In this document: positions 26,101-39,217 of the stretch, one piece after another
Position numbering within the stretch: position 1 is the stretch's first letter
Layout of the letters: each line of letters begins with the position of its first letter
DNA from: Lama glama
Taxonomy: Eukaryota
Direction of reading: 5' to 3'
Assembly (NCBI GenBank): GCA_028534125.1
Contig: CM052816.1
Location: 81,036,001-81,100,000, forward strand
DNA: 64,000 nt
Translations under genes and position numbers: made by a program
Notes under the pieces: model-generated
Seen by the model: only the letters and a program-made list of their open reading frames with translations
What the model was told of the DNA's origin: nothing
Databases searched by the model: none

Positions 26101-28664
26101 CACCACAGCCACCACCACCACCACCACTACCACCAGTGGCGGCGACAGCACCATTTCTTTCAACAGACCATTTGAACTTACTTTATCTTCTTTGGACCAT
26201 TTAACTCCTTTTTTTTATTCTTTTATGAGGCTTGCATCCCAAGATCTGAAGCAATGTTTCTCAACCCCTTTAGCCCTATTTCTATAAGCATAAAACGCCA
26301 TGCAGTATGCCCCACATTCTGATAGGCTACCATCAGCATCATCAAAAATCTTCATAGCTAATCAAGGTAGTTCTTTGTAATTTTTATTTGGCTTTACTTT
26401 CTACAGTGGTGTTATAAAATTGTTTAGTTTTATTCCTCCTGGCCTCTGTGCTCCTGCTGTCCCATCCCAAATTGCATCCCCCACAGCACCTTCCTCCTCC
26501 TGTGTCCTCCAGTTTCCTACCCTCAACCTAGGAGTTCACTAGAGATGACCACAAGCAAACCAGTCTGCAACATAGTTTCCAGAATTTCTCAAGTGCAGTA
26601 GACAATTAAATGAGGGTGCAATAGATTCAACTTAGGGTGGAGAGCAGATGCGCCTCCAGGCAATTCTTCTGCCTTCTAACCGTCCTCAATCTCTTATTAA
26701 AGTGTCAGTCCTTTCACTCACTTGAAAATTGTCCTTTGCTCATCATCACCATCCCCTCTGGTGATGTGACCCTCAGCTATTATCCCCTCCCCCGTTAAAA
26801 TTCCAATTAGCTCAAAAATAGGATTCCAGTGAATTACTCTAAGAGTAAAAGAGTAGATCAAACTAGTCCAGTCTAAAAGGAAAAAAGGACTGCTTCCTCG
26901 ATGTACTAGCTCATTTATTTTCAGCTCTTTATACTGGAATTCCTTCCCCCTTTATTTGGTAATAAAAATCTGTGGAGAGGGAATGTCAAGAAATGCCCCT
27001 GTCCTCCCAGGAGAGCTGCATTAAAATCTTGAGCTAGTTATCCCTAAGGGCTACATTCCCAAAGGTGGAATTCAGTGTGACTGTCCCATGTGTAGGCATG
27101 TTTGGAGTGAGGGGAAGTGGGGAGATTTGCCTGGATGTGAACAATTGCTTCTTACATAGCTCTTTGGAAAGTATGAATTTTTTGCATATTAAGTGGTCTT
27201 AGAGTAGGCCCTATCTACGAAGAGAAAACTTCAAACCTGATACGTGTATTGCCGAGGCATATAAATAGTCCTTTGCAAATGTATAAGTATCCTTTTCACA
27301 GTAGGTAGCTTATGTAAGGGAGAGACATAATTTAAAACGAAATGTAGAAATATGGAATGATTATGAAGTTTCAAGGTAGATTCTTGTGCTGTTGGCATCT
27401 TTGAGAAATAAAGCTTAATCTAAGATGATTTGAGAAGATGAATCAGAGGTTAAAGAACACTACACAAATACTTCTGCTGTCTAAAGCTTAATTGCTTTTG
27501 GGCATTCCTCCATCTGTAAAGAGGCAGGAGACAAGATTAATGTTTGTTTGACATTCTAGCCATTAGGTATAAAGTTTAGTCTTCAGTGAGGAAAGGGAAT
27601 CACTTGTAGTTTCAAAAAATGGGAGACAAGAAGCCTTCAGCTAAGGAAGGAAAAGTTTAGACTAGATATTAGGAGAAAGAATGTTCTTATGAACAGAGCC
27701 ACAGAGTATTAGAGTAGGTTCCCAAAAGAGGTCAAAAGAGCTTCTGTGCAAAAAAAAAGAATGGTTTCATTAAGACGTTCTAGGGTTATAAGGAATGGCT
27801 TGAAAAATGCAAGTAGAGGCAAGGCCTTTTTCTGATTCTATGGCCTTAATAGGTCAGAAAGCTGAGCCACTCAGTAACAAACTAGGTTCAAGGCTATAGG
27901 GAAGAACAAGTTCTGGAAGAACGACACTCCACTAATGAAAATGATAGAGACTAAAGAATCTCCTCCTTCATACTGACATCTAAACAGTCTTCTGAAATTC
28001 GCTAAGATAAGCATGTCAGTTCAGAGAGGAAAGTGTCAAAAGTGAACAGGAAGCCCAGAACTTCAGGGAATTTCAAACAGATGGACACATACATTTTTAA
28101 TTCCCTGAAGTCTGGCACAGAACAATATTTTATGAACTGGCAGATCACTTCCAGGGAAGACCAAAAGTTAGGCACTTTTGTATATGCATAGTAAGTCGGC
28201 TTTCCCAGTGACAGGAAAATCTTTAAGGCATCTGAAGTTCCAGCTTACTATCCAAAAGGGACCCGCTGTGTTCCTATTACCAGATCCATATCACATGTCC
28301 CACTAAAGTCCACAGAACTTATTCCAAACTATACTTCTAAAAACTCAAAGAAGACTATAAAACTGGGATCCCTTTCTCAGAAAAAAAATTTAGTGTATGT
28401 TTTTGAGCTTTAAACTTTGAAGAGAAGAGCTTCCTGTATGTTGGCCGACTAGTTCTAAAACAAAAAATTCAGTCAGCCCCTTGTGTTGAGATAGCTCCTG
28501 ACATTTAATTTGACATATTCTTTACTTAATTAACTTATTAGTTTTGATGTAGCTTTATCATTACAGTGGTTTTGCAAGGCTGTAAAGTGTGAGGATATAT
28601 GATATATATGAGCGGTGAACATCCTTGAGAGTAGAAAACTCTTGGAAATTTTAAAAAATCTCAG

Positions 28665-29015
28665 TGTTCTAGTTAGTATGGCTGTGTAATAAATCATCCC
28701 AAAATTTAGTGGCTTAGAACAACAATAATAATCACTTATTACTTCTCATAGTTTTTATAGATCAGAAATTCAGAATCTGCTTGATTGAGCAATTCTGGCT
28801 CAGGAAACTTCATGAGGTTGCAGTCATCTGAACGCTTAACTAGGGCTAGAAGATACATCCTTTTATGACCAGCTTTGGGAGTCCCACACCATCACTGCTC
28901 TGTATTCCATTGGTCACAGCAGGCCAGCCCTGATTCAGTGTGAAAGGGCCCAAGCAAGTACATGGATAATAGGAAGCTAAGGTTATTAGGGACCATTCAG
29001 TAGCTGGCTCTCACA
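28665..29015 (-). mobile_element. MaLR (MLT1) solo LTR
   Basis: TG...CA ends, MLT1 motif 'cccaaaatttagtggcttagaacaac', 5-bp TSD CTCAG at 28660-28664 and 29016-29020. Confidence 0.8.
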
Positions 29016-29291
29016 CTCAGGTGTAGGCCACACACTGACAAGTCATTTGTGGACACGTAAATTATTCACTGACTCCAAAGTTGGCCTCAACCAGCTGGGA
29101 TAATTGATCTGTTACTGTTTTTGCTGTTTCACAGCCAAGCTGGGTAGCTGTTTCTTCTCCTTGGCCTTGTGGATATCACATCCTCTCTTCCTGATTTCCA
29201 GGTATAACTTATCATTTCATGTTTAAAGTACCTATTTTGACCAGGAACTAAAGCACCGTTGGTGATCTAGATTCTGTTCAGCCACTTTTGA

Positions 29292-29770
29292 ATTTATTCA
29301 TTTAACAAACATTTGTTAAATGCCTACTATGTACAAGAGATACAATGTTGAACAAGACAAGCAAGGTCCTTAATCTCTTGGAACATATTCTAATGGAGGA
29401 AAACAAACAATAAAAAAGAGACAAATAAATATGAAAATATCAGATAATGAAAAATAATAGGATGAAATAGAGAGAAAATTGCTTAGGGAGGGCAGCTTAT
29501 TGCGGTTGTGTGATCAAGAGAGGTTTCTTGGGGAATATAATTGCAGAGTCTAGGATGACAGGAGTGCAAATATTTGAGAGAAAGGCATTCTAGACAAAAG
29601 GAATAGTCAATGCAAGGTCCCTGAGGTAAAAACAAGCTTGATACAGAGGAGGAACAAAAGGTCTGAAGGCTGGAGCCACATCGGCCAGGCTGAGAGAAGG
29701 GTAGACAAGGTGATACAAACGGGCAGGGACCAGGGTAAGGGGTTTGGCTATTATTTCAAGGGTGACTGCG
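29292..29770 (-). mobile_element. L2 fragment
   Basis: 'ttcatttaacaaacatttgttaaatgcctactatgt...gcattctagacaaaaggaatag'. Confidence 0.7.
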
Positions 29771-29799
29771 AGACAGTCCCTTTCCAAGGTTCATTCTCT

Positions 29800-30275
29800 T
29801 ATAATGCTTGTTTTCTTTCCTTCATTTATTTCCTATTCCCGTCCTCCCTACACTGGAGTTCTCTAGATTGAGTTCTCCTCTCCTTACAGACACACAGGAG
29901 AATCACATTTTCCTACTTCCTCACAGGTGGGTGGGGCCACTTGACGAGTACTGACCATCGGATTGTGAATAGAAGTGATGTGTCACTTCTAGGTCAAAGC
30001 CTTTATTTGTCCATGAAAGACCTGTGATTCTCCCTTCTTCCGCTGTAGCAACCGAGAAGGTGCTGTGCCCCAGCTGGTCCCCAGATGGTGAGATGGTGGA
30101 GCCTGTCACAGACTGGGTCCTTGAGTGACTGACTACGTAATGCAGAGCCCCCACTGACCCACACTGACATACAAGGGGTGCAAGAAACAAAACTTGTGTG
30201 TGTGTGTGTCCTAAAGCATGGAGATTTGAGGTTTCTTAGTTAACAGAACATAACTTGGGTTATTCAGATTAATAT
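29800..30275 (+). mobile_element. MaLR (MLT1J/K-like) LTR
   Basis: 'gaagtgatgtgtcacttctaggtcaaagc...gagatttgaggtttcttagttaacag'. Confidence 0.65.
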
Positions 30276-32464
30276 GCTTCCAAAATATTCTTTAGTGAAA
30301 AACAAGCTCTAAACTGAGTTGTTCTCAGTCAGTGCAAATCGTTCTTTTATAGCTGCTGATTGTTCCCTCAGTATAATTTAAATCATCATTCTCTCTGATC
30401 TTCAGTTTCTCTTACAGAGTTGCCTTTACTCTTCATTTCTGCTCCCACCTTTAGTCGGCACAAGATATTGTCACCACCAGTTAATAAATCATGAAATGAA
30501 CATTTATAAAGCCCAGGTTTTCTTGTTTAGAAAAGGGAGTGTTCATTGTTCAAGTTTGGTGAGGAGGGGAGATACCTTGTTCACAAGCTGCTGCCATCCA
30601 AATGTTGGGAAGAATTTCAGAAGAAAAAGTAAGGCCTGTAGAGAGACGCCAACTCCATTTCTCCACTCAAGACAGTACACAGCACTCGGGGGAAAATACC
30701 GTTATCTTTCACATTTTCCCTCTCAAAGCCATCTATAAGGACACACGTTTAATTTTTGCTGACTCCCTTGAGGTTTATTACTTTCTTTGTATTTTTTAGA
30801 AGGCTTCTGTCATAAAGAAAATCTCCTCGACGTATGTTACATGGCAGTTTGATGCTTTTGCCAGGGGCATACTGTAAATGCGAATTCTAAGCAACAGAAA
30901 ACAGCTTAGAAAGACCTAATCTCTTTCAAATGTCCTTCTTGGCTCACACCACTTCAACCAGGCACAGCATAATTTAAGCTATTTCCAATTCCTCTCATCA
31001 AAACAGGCTGGACTAATGTTACCTGGGGATGCTGGCTCCATCTAAGAGATCTGCTTTAGCGAACCATCTGGGAAGGCTCCTGGAGTCCTTCCGTTCACGA
31101 GGCTCACACGTCATATGGTACACATTTTCACCCTCTGAACCATGTCCTGGACATCTTACTGGAGCAGCTTGCCTCAGTCACACATGCTCTTTTCAAAGAC
31201 ATTTTCTTATTTTAAAAACCCAAACAAAATCTTATATTGTGGCAGAGCCGTTCAAGAAGCTCTGCATCCATGAAATGGACATAAAACAAGGGTGCCTTCT
31301 TTTCTCCCCCTTCCATTTTGTGTTTCATGTCTTAAGACTGGAAGGTATGGAGAAGATGGCGGGTAACCGACAAACATAACAGCTATTAAATGCTTCAGGC
31401 AAAACCAACCTAGAATCACCCAAGAATCAGTCACAAGTATCGAGTGCATGAAGGGCTTTTGAGGTACCAAATTCGCCGTGTGCTTACAGGAAAACGCCTC
31501 AGAACCCTAGCGGTTCTCCTCCTCTACCTTAATGAGAACAGTCATCACAGTCTGTGAGAGCAGTAATAATGGAGCCAAGACTAGAGTCCTCATCTCTGTT
31601 CAAGTCAGTTAGCATTCCTGGGTTCCATGGCCAAGAACAGGAACTCTGACCCCTCATTAATCATATAAAAGGCAATATTTGTTCAGCACATACTTTATGT
31701 ACAGCATAGGCATTTTGCACACTTGCTTTTGGTCCCAAAGTTAGACTTGAAGAAATAAATAGGCAAAAGAAGTATATGATAATAACTGGCTAAATCTCTC
31801 AAAACCACCCCTTTCTTATTGACAGCATTCTGTATACCACACATTTTCATAGAAGATTGCCCATTTAATCCTCAGAACTCTGTAAAGCAGTTTTTGTTTC
31901 TCCCATTTAGCAGATGAGAAAAACTGAAGCTCTGAATCACGAAATGACCTATTTAGCCGAGATCATAGCTTAGAGTTAGAATCTAAAAGCAGATCCTGAG
32001 TTTCTTCCTTTAGTATTTGCTGCTTCTCAAAGCCTGGAAAGGATGGGAAGCCCGCAGTTAATACTTACAAAGTATCTTCTTTGACTATCAAAGACAACGG
32101 ATGCAGTGTAAAGGCTGCTTTGCCAGTAATTCACTTTGTGAGTTCCTAAAAGAGTAAATATTTAGCCTAGTTAAGTTTTGATTGTCAGCTCATCTCAATA
32201 GTAACAAACATATCTAAATGATGTATTGGTTATATTTTTGGAATATATAAATGTATTATGAAAATATAAATTATTAAAATATACAATAGGATTCTCTTAT
32301 TTACTGTGATCAGTTAGGGTGGCTGATCAAAAATCAATTGAGAGCAAATACTCATTTAACATTATATTTGCCTACCTTAAACATTTATTTTAACTAAAGT
32401 GTAATAAGTGTTTATTCACAAATCTTTTCATGTACATCTAAAGCCTTTTTAAAATAAGAGCTCC

Positions 32465-33855
32465 TATACACTAGTAGTGGACAATCCAAAAAGGAAATTA
32501 ACAGTAAAGCTGGAAAAATAAAACAAAAAGTAAATTAAGGGAAAAATCCATTTACAATAATAATAATAAATATATTAAGAATATATTTATTAAAATAAGT
32601 TATTAGAATACATTAGAATAAAATATTTAGTAATAAACTTAACCAGGGAGATGTGAGACTTATACACTGAAAACTACAAAATATTACTGAAAGAATTAAA
32701 GAAGACTTAAATAAATGGAGAAACATGTTCTATTCATGGACTGCAAGACTTAATATTGTTAAGATACCAGTACTCACCAAAACAATTTACAGATTCCACA
32801 CAACCCCTATAAAAATCCCAATGGCTTTTTTTGGTAGAAATGGAAAAGCTTATTCTATAATTCATTGTGAATTACAAGGGATTCTGAATAGCCATATAGT
32901 CTTGAGAAAGAACAAAGTTGGAGGACTCACATTTCCCAATTTCAAAACTTACTACAAAGCCACAATAAACCTATCAGTGTGATACTGTTGTAAGAACAGA
33001 CATAGATAAATGGAATAGAATTTAGAATCAAGAAATAACACCTATAGTCGTTATTATTTCAACAATAATGCCAAGACCACTCAATTGGGAAAGAGCAGTC
33101 TCTTCAGTAAATTGTGCTAAGGCAACTGGGTATCCACATGCCAAAAGAAGTTGGACGACCCTTACCTCGAACCATATACAAACATTGCTATAGATTGAAT
33201 GTTTGTGTCTCCACAAAATTCACATGATGATGATCTAACCCCAAGGTAATGGAGTCTTTGGGAGGTAAATTAGGTTCAGATGAGGTAATGAGGGTAGAGC
33301 CTTCCTGGTGAGATTAGTGCCCTTAGCCAGTTAGCTCTCTTGCTCATTCTTTCTCTGCCGTGTGAGGGCTGGTCAAGGTTAGGACACAACGAGAAGGCAA
33401 CTATCTATAAGCCAGAAAGAGACTTCTCTCCAGAAATTGATCATGGCAGCACCTTGACCTTGGACTTCCCAGCCTCCAGAACTGTGAGAAGTAAATTTCT
33501 GTTGTCTAAGTCACAGTCTATAGTATGTTTTAAGGAAATAGGAACAGACTAATATATGGACTGAAATGCATCAAACATCTACATATAAGTGCTAAAACTG
33601 TAAAATTCTTAGAGGAAAACAAACATAGGGGTAAATGTTCATGACTTTGGATTTAACCATGGTTTCTTATATATGACACCAAAAGTCCAAAGAAGGAAGA
33701 AATAGATAAACTAAACTTCATCAAAATTAAGAACTTTAGTGCATCACAGGACACTGTCAGGAAAGTAAAAAATACAATGCACAGAATGACAAAAAAGATT
33801 TGCAAATCATGTATTTGATAAGAGTCTACTATCCAGAATATATAAAGAATGAATT
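32465..33855 (+). mobile_element. L1 (L1MA/MB) ORF2 3' region, interrupted by MLT1
   Basis: ORF 32725-32982 'SWTARLNIVKIPVLTKTIYRFHTTPIKIP...NKVGGLTFPNFKTYYKAT' is L1 ORF2. Confidence 0.9.
33186..33556 (+). mobile_element. MaLR MLT1A-like solo LTR nested in L1
   Basis: 'tgctatagattgaatgtttgtgtctcc...ggacttcccagcctccagaactgtgagaagtaaatttctg'. Confidence 0.85.
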
Positions 33856-34164
33856 CCCTAGTTAGAATCCTACACTGTTTTCCTGCAGATAGCATCCTCC
33901 CATTACATCACCTATGAGTTCTAGTTTTAGCTTCTTTAAAGTGAAAAATGAGCACAGACTTCTTCTATATTTCCAGTATTTTTCAAGTTGTCTTGCCCAT
34001 ACTGAATTCAAAGCACTTGTCTTACAAGCACATCTTCTTCAAGTTTTTCCAAAGTATTTTGTTCAGTAATTCTCTTTTCACCCTCTTATTCATCAGTTTA
34101 TAGAATATTTAATTGTGTATCTTGGTGGGCATCAGCTCCACCGGATGGGCATCACTCCGCTAGA

Positions 34165-34490
34165 GCGCAGCCTGCCAGTCTTGAGCAGTCGTGAGCTATG
34201 ACAGCAGACAATATGCTTTTCCAAGGGAACAGAAAGAACCAGAGGCTAATGCAGTGAGACACCGCGTGGGAGTTGGCTAATGGTATATAACATGATGTAA
34301 ACGTACATTTTTAAATTTTTGATGAATAGTTTAAAAAATTGATAATGATACAACCTTTTGACAAATTAAACATACTTCCAAATGACAGTTTAAGGTAGCA
34401 GTTTAAACTAATGTGATTTGGCAAACTGGCATGACATGACTCAAAGCATCTAAGACATGAGACCTGTTCGTGAGACAGTGGACACTGGAG
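34165..34490. mobile_element. hAT DNA transposon fragment (MER63-like)
   Basis: Degenerate termini and AT-rich interior; family assignment tentative. Confidence 0.35.
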
Positions 34491-35887
34491 CTAGTTTGGG
34501 GGAGTCTGAAGAATCAACAGGATCAGGTTTGGGAGATTCAGAAACAAATTTCACCTGAGTGAAGGAGGTAGTTCTATGGCTTGGGGACAGAAGGGCATAT
34601 TTTATAGCTGGAGAGAAGCAGCAGACATCAATTTGATGAGTCAAGTTGCTCAGACTCAGCAGAGAACACTTGGTGCCTAATGGACTTCAGAGGGTGTTTT
34701 CTGGGTTTTTTGAAAAGAGAAGTTTTCTGTGATTCAAGAAGAGAAGATCTAGGAAATCCTTTAGTAGCCGCAGCAGTTTCAACCTCATAGATGCTGCATC
34801 CAGGGGCCACAGTCCTCTCAGGATTTAACTTGGCCTAAAATATCCAGGTATCCTCTACCTTTCCTCATATGGGAATTAGCAAGACCTTTTCTCCCTTGTT
34901 GGAAAAGAGAGAGAAATATTCTCAGACATTCTCAAAGGGAAAGCCAGATAGCATAACCCGGGCTAGGGTAGAATTAACATTTGGCATTCAAAGCTTTCCA
35001 CTAAGGATTTGTAGCTATATGGATGTTACCATTTATCAGGCCTGAGTATCACTGGTGCAATATTCTTGATTTAATATTTTATTATAAATATTTATCCTCT
35101 CCTACTCCTAGGAACATGAAGTAAAGCAAAATTTAGTTGTTCTTTTTTTCTCTTCAATTATTTACTAGAAAGATTTCAAGACTCAATATATTTGAAATAT
35201 ATTCAGTCTAGATTCACTTAAGTTTTAATTGCCATAGCCTTGGAGGTCATCCTTTCTCCTCCTGAAGACTGAAATGTTGAGGGTCACACAATATAATGGC
35301 AGAACTGGATGTGGAACCTGGATTTCTTGCCTTTCCGTTAGTATACATTTTTCTACTCCCAGTTTTTATTTTATTCCCAAATCAAGAAAAACATTATCAA
35401 ATTCTAAATGCAAGATCCATGAGGGAGATTTAGGGATCTATGAACCTCCAGAAATTATCAGCAAAATGTTGTATATTTATGGCATTTTTCTGAAGAAGTA
35501 TTCTCAAAGGGGTTCCATAACCCCAAACTGCAAACAAGTTATATTGTGGATGACAATGATCTAATATCTGCAGTCAGTCCTTTTTCTCTTCTCCTCCTGC
35601 CACTTCTTTTGGTGTAAATTTTTATTTGAGTTATTTTCCTTCATAGAACTGCCAAGAACCAAGATGTGAATTGGGCTATATGTTTGGCCACATTTAGTCT
35701 CCAAGATTTAGACAACTTTGAATAGTTTGGGGAAAATATTTCTATGCTTGTGTAAAACACAGGAACACATAAAAAACAGCTATAAAAACATAGACCTCTG
35801 GGGAGAATAGGGAATTATATCACTCTTGATTGCATTATGTAGGGATGTTGTGGTAACAGTGATTCTGATCTATAAGAAGCAGGTGCT

Positions 35888-36037
35888 GGGGGAGGGTATA
35901 GCTCAAGTGGTAGAGCACATGCTTAGTGTGCATGAGGTCCTGGGTTCAATCCCCAGTACCACCATTAAATAAATAAATAAATAAACTTAATTACCTCCCT
36001 CTCCACCCCCCCAAATAATAATAAAATTAATTTTTTT
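35888..36037 (+). mobile_element. Camelid tRNA-derived SINE (vic-1 type)
   Basis: GGGGAGGGTATAGCTCAAGTGG (A box)...GGTTCAATCCC (B box), (TAAA)n and C-rich tail; imperfect TSD aagaagcaggtgct / aaaaagcagatgct. Confidence 0.9.
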
Positions 36038-36184
36038 AAAAAGCAGATGCTACTTAACTTCTTCATTAATGTACAAGCTACAAGTGACCACTAAGCAACC
36101 AGAGATTTGTCACATTGTCCTCAGGAGGAGAAAATTCTTAACCATCTCCTTAAGCGAGTCAGACTCCTTAATGATACTGGACAA

Positions 36185-36370
36185 GCAGTGTGGTCTTACG
36201 CAAAGACCACTAGGACCAAGTCTGAAAACCTGATCCCAGTCTCAGCTCTGCCACTTTTAACTGACTCTGTAACTTTAGACTTGTTGCTTATAGTGTGTTT
36301 CCATTTTCTCACCTGTAAAATAAGCCTAAAATGGTACTGTTCAACTTGCGGATACACAGTGTTGTTTTAA
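36185..36370 (+). mobile_element. MIR SINE
   Basis: 'cctgatcccagtctcagctctgccac...ttttctcacctgtaaaat'. Confidence 0.6.
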
Positions 36371-36383
36371 TGATCGGTATGTC

Positions 36384-36787
36384 TATTATGGGTTGAATTG
36401 TGTCCTCCCAAAATTCCTGTGTTGAAGCCCTAACCCCTACTACCTCAGAGTGTGACTATATTTGGAGATAAGGCCGTTGAAATGGTGATTGAGTTAAAAT
36501 AAGTGTGTAAGTGTAGGGCCTAATCCGGTTTGACTGATGTCCTTATAAGAGGAAATGTGAACATTTGAGAGATACCAGGAATGCAAGTGCACAGGGAAAG
36601 GTCACGTGAGGACACAGCAAGAAGACAGCCATCTGCCAGCAAAGGAGAGAGGCCTCTAGAGAAAGCAAACCTGCCAACACTTTGATCTTGGACTTCTAGC
36701 CTCCAAAACTATGAAAAAAATTAATTTCTGTTGTTTAAGCCCCCAGTCCGTGGGACTCTGTAATGCCAGCCCTGGCAGACTAAGACA
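36384..36787 (+). mobile_element. MaLR MLT1B/C solo LTR
   Basis: 'tatgggttgaattgtgtcctcccaaaattc...cagactaagaca'; 5-bp TSD ATGTC/ACGTC. Confidence 0.9.
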
Positions 36788-37272
36788 ACGTCAGAGCCCT
36801 CTACTGAAAATACCAGTTACTAAAGAGGTGTAAGGAATTGCTTTTGAGACCAGGGTAGATTTTTATCTCCATTTGGAAGATGGTTTCAAATTACTTAAAT
36901 CACTCCTTTGTTCCCCCAACTGGTTCTTTCCAACTTTCAGAAAGTAACTTGTTGCTACTCTTCTAAAACTTCAAACTCGGCTAAATATCAGAGTTGAAAG
37001 GTATTTTTCAGTCATCCTCCTCCAACATCTTATTTTACAGAATGAAAATTGAGTCTCAAATCACACAACTGGCCATTTTTGTAGAAGAGAGCACCGGAGA
37101 ATAGCCGAATACCTTTGTCACGGGGTATTGTGAAGAAAAATGTGGGCAGTGCCGACAGAGCCCTAAGCACAATGCCTAGGAGGGAGCGAGCAAGTGCTCA
37201 GGGCAAAGTAGTTCCTGATCATGAAGAAAGGGCAGATACCTCGGTCTGGTCTGGGTCACACTGCTAATTATT

Positions 37273-37416
37273 TGTTTGTTTGTTTGTTTGTTTTTTCCTT
37301 TTGGGGGGAGGGTAATTAGGTTTATTTATTTATTTTTAGAGGAAGCACTGGGGATTGAACCCAGGACCTCATTCATGCTAAGCATGCACTTTACTGCTTG
37401 AGCTACACCCTCCCCC
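37273..37416 (-). mobile_element. Camelid tRNA-derived SINE (vic-1 type)
   Basis: Reverse-complement copy of the 35888 SINE family; perfect 17-bp TSD tcacactgctaattatt at 37256-37272 and 37417-37433. Confidence 0.92.
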
Positions 37417-39217
37417 TCACACTGCTAATTATTGATAAATGCAGATTTCCAGTGCTTTGGGTACTGAAATTCTCCGCTTTCCCCCAAACCCAAGCCCGGT
37501 AAGTTTTCCCAATAATGATAAACCTGATCTGTTTTAGAGTAAACTGGTTAGGATCCTGATGAGTGCTTCAATAGGAATTCTTCAGTGGGAAGCACAAAGA
37601 ACTTGGGGAACTGAAGGGTGGGAGCAGACCTGCTCACAAACCTTTCTCTTGTCCTCAGACTCAGTCAAAGCCACACTAAATATTGAGCCTACAAGTTAAC
37701 AGCCCACCCTCTGGGGCCCCTTCCTGCTGGAAGAAAAGCAGATGCAAAAAGGCAGTCCAGTGTGGGCTAGCTGGCCTGTCAGCTCAGTTCACGGGGCTGT
37801 CACCAGGGTAATGATTAAGAGCCGGGGTTCAACGTGAACCAGTCCTCACAGTCCACCATCCCCCACAGCCTGACCCACTCCTAAACCTTAAAAAAAAAAA
37901 AGAAGGCCTGGGTTTCCCTTTGACCCTTGTCCTTGGCTATCTACATGGATTCTCTCCAGCTGTGTTCAATCATTCCTTTCTACCTTTTATCTTTGTTTTC
38001 CCAGCATTTCCTTTGCTCAGTAACACAGGCAGATACCCAGACTCTAAACATTTCCCAATTTGCAGTCTGGATTTCAGTGGAATACTCTTTCATGTTAAGC
38101 TTTGAAGGCTATAGTAAAGATTGCATTAGGGACAGTTACCTGCCAGCTATTAACCATTGCCTCTGGTTTGACCTGAATTCACAGAGGGCATGGTCACCCG
38201 ACAGCTTAATCAATGAGCCCCTTTGGCTTTAGGGTGGCAGGGGCCAAGAGCTGCATCAAAGAAGCCTATGTGCTTTCAGCAACTCAGAAGATTCCAGTTG
38301 TTTTCAGCAGCCCTGAGACGTTAAAATAAACAAATATGAAAATGCCAGATTGCCTTTTCATTTCTTCTTGTACCTAGTGCCAGCCAGGGCCAGTGCCGGA
38401 CAGGCTGCCCCCAAAGAGACTGCGGTCGTGCCCGTGAGGCCCAGCCGCACCGCCAGAGCTGTCATTGCACTAAGTGCCCGCCTTTGTCTCTTCACCCCAC
38501 TCTCCATTTCTAAAAATGCATAAAATACCATTAGTGTATAATTACCAGACGAATAAAAGGCCTCCAACCCCTTCTCCTGGCACAGATCTCATCCCGTTGG
38601 AGGCTACAGTTGGCAGCCTTTGGCCACATGAACACTTTCTGCAGTATCTGAACACAAAGCCTTGTGCAGAAAGCCGAGCAATTGTTTGTGTTTGCAATAA
38701 TCTTTGGTTAGGATTCTTCCATCCCTTAGCAGGGTGGCCTGGGACGTGAGTGAAGTCTCCGTGATGGCATTTCCAGGCAAATCCACGTCCTCTCTCTACA
38801 CCCTCAGCCTTTACGCCTTTGCAGTTCTTTTTCAAAAGCTCATAAACATGTTTGGCTGCCAGAGAGCTCCCAGAAAAGAGGCTGCTCATTGAGCGATTGT
38901 TTGAACTGAGGGTCTTGCTTCCTGCGCAGCTTCTGCGCAGCAGTTTGGGTCTCTCTTTCAGATGTGTAGATCTTCTGAACTGGAATGGAACTGGAGGGAT
39001 TTTTAACTGTTTACTGGTGAAAGTTTTAAATACCATCATTCAGTCTTTAGACTCTGAATTCAAGAGCCCTGTGTGTCCCTCTTGCCTATAAGGAGAAGAA
39101 AAATTGTATGAAACATTTACTAATGTCTGTCCACCTTGTGCACTGAAATTGCATTTGTCATATGTATGCATTGGATTTGTTGCGTGAATGCACATGTATA
39201 TGCTCATAAGAGCGGGA

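Noticed and set aside
32725..32982. ORF with reverse-transcriptase-associated similarity
   Set aside because: Short fragment of a degenerate L1 ORF2 bounded by stops and frameshifts; not a functional gene
35888..35960. tRNA(Ala)-like gene with A and B boxes (second copy at ~37345-37416, minus strand)
   Set aside because: It continues into a (TAAA)n/C-rich tail and is flanked by TSDs, so it is a tRNA-derived SINE rather than a tRNA gene
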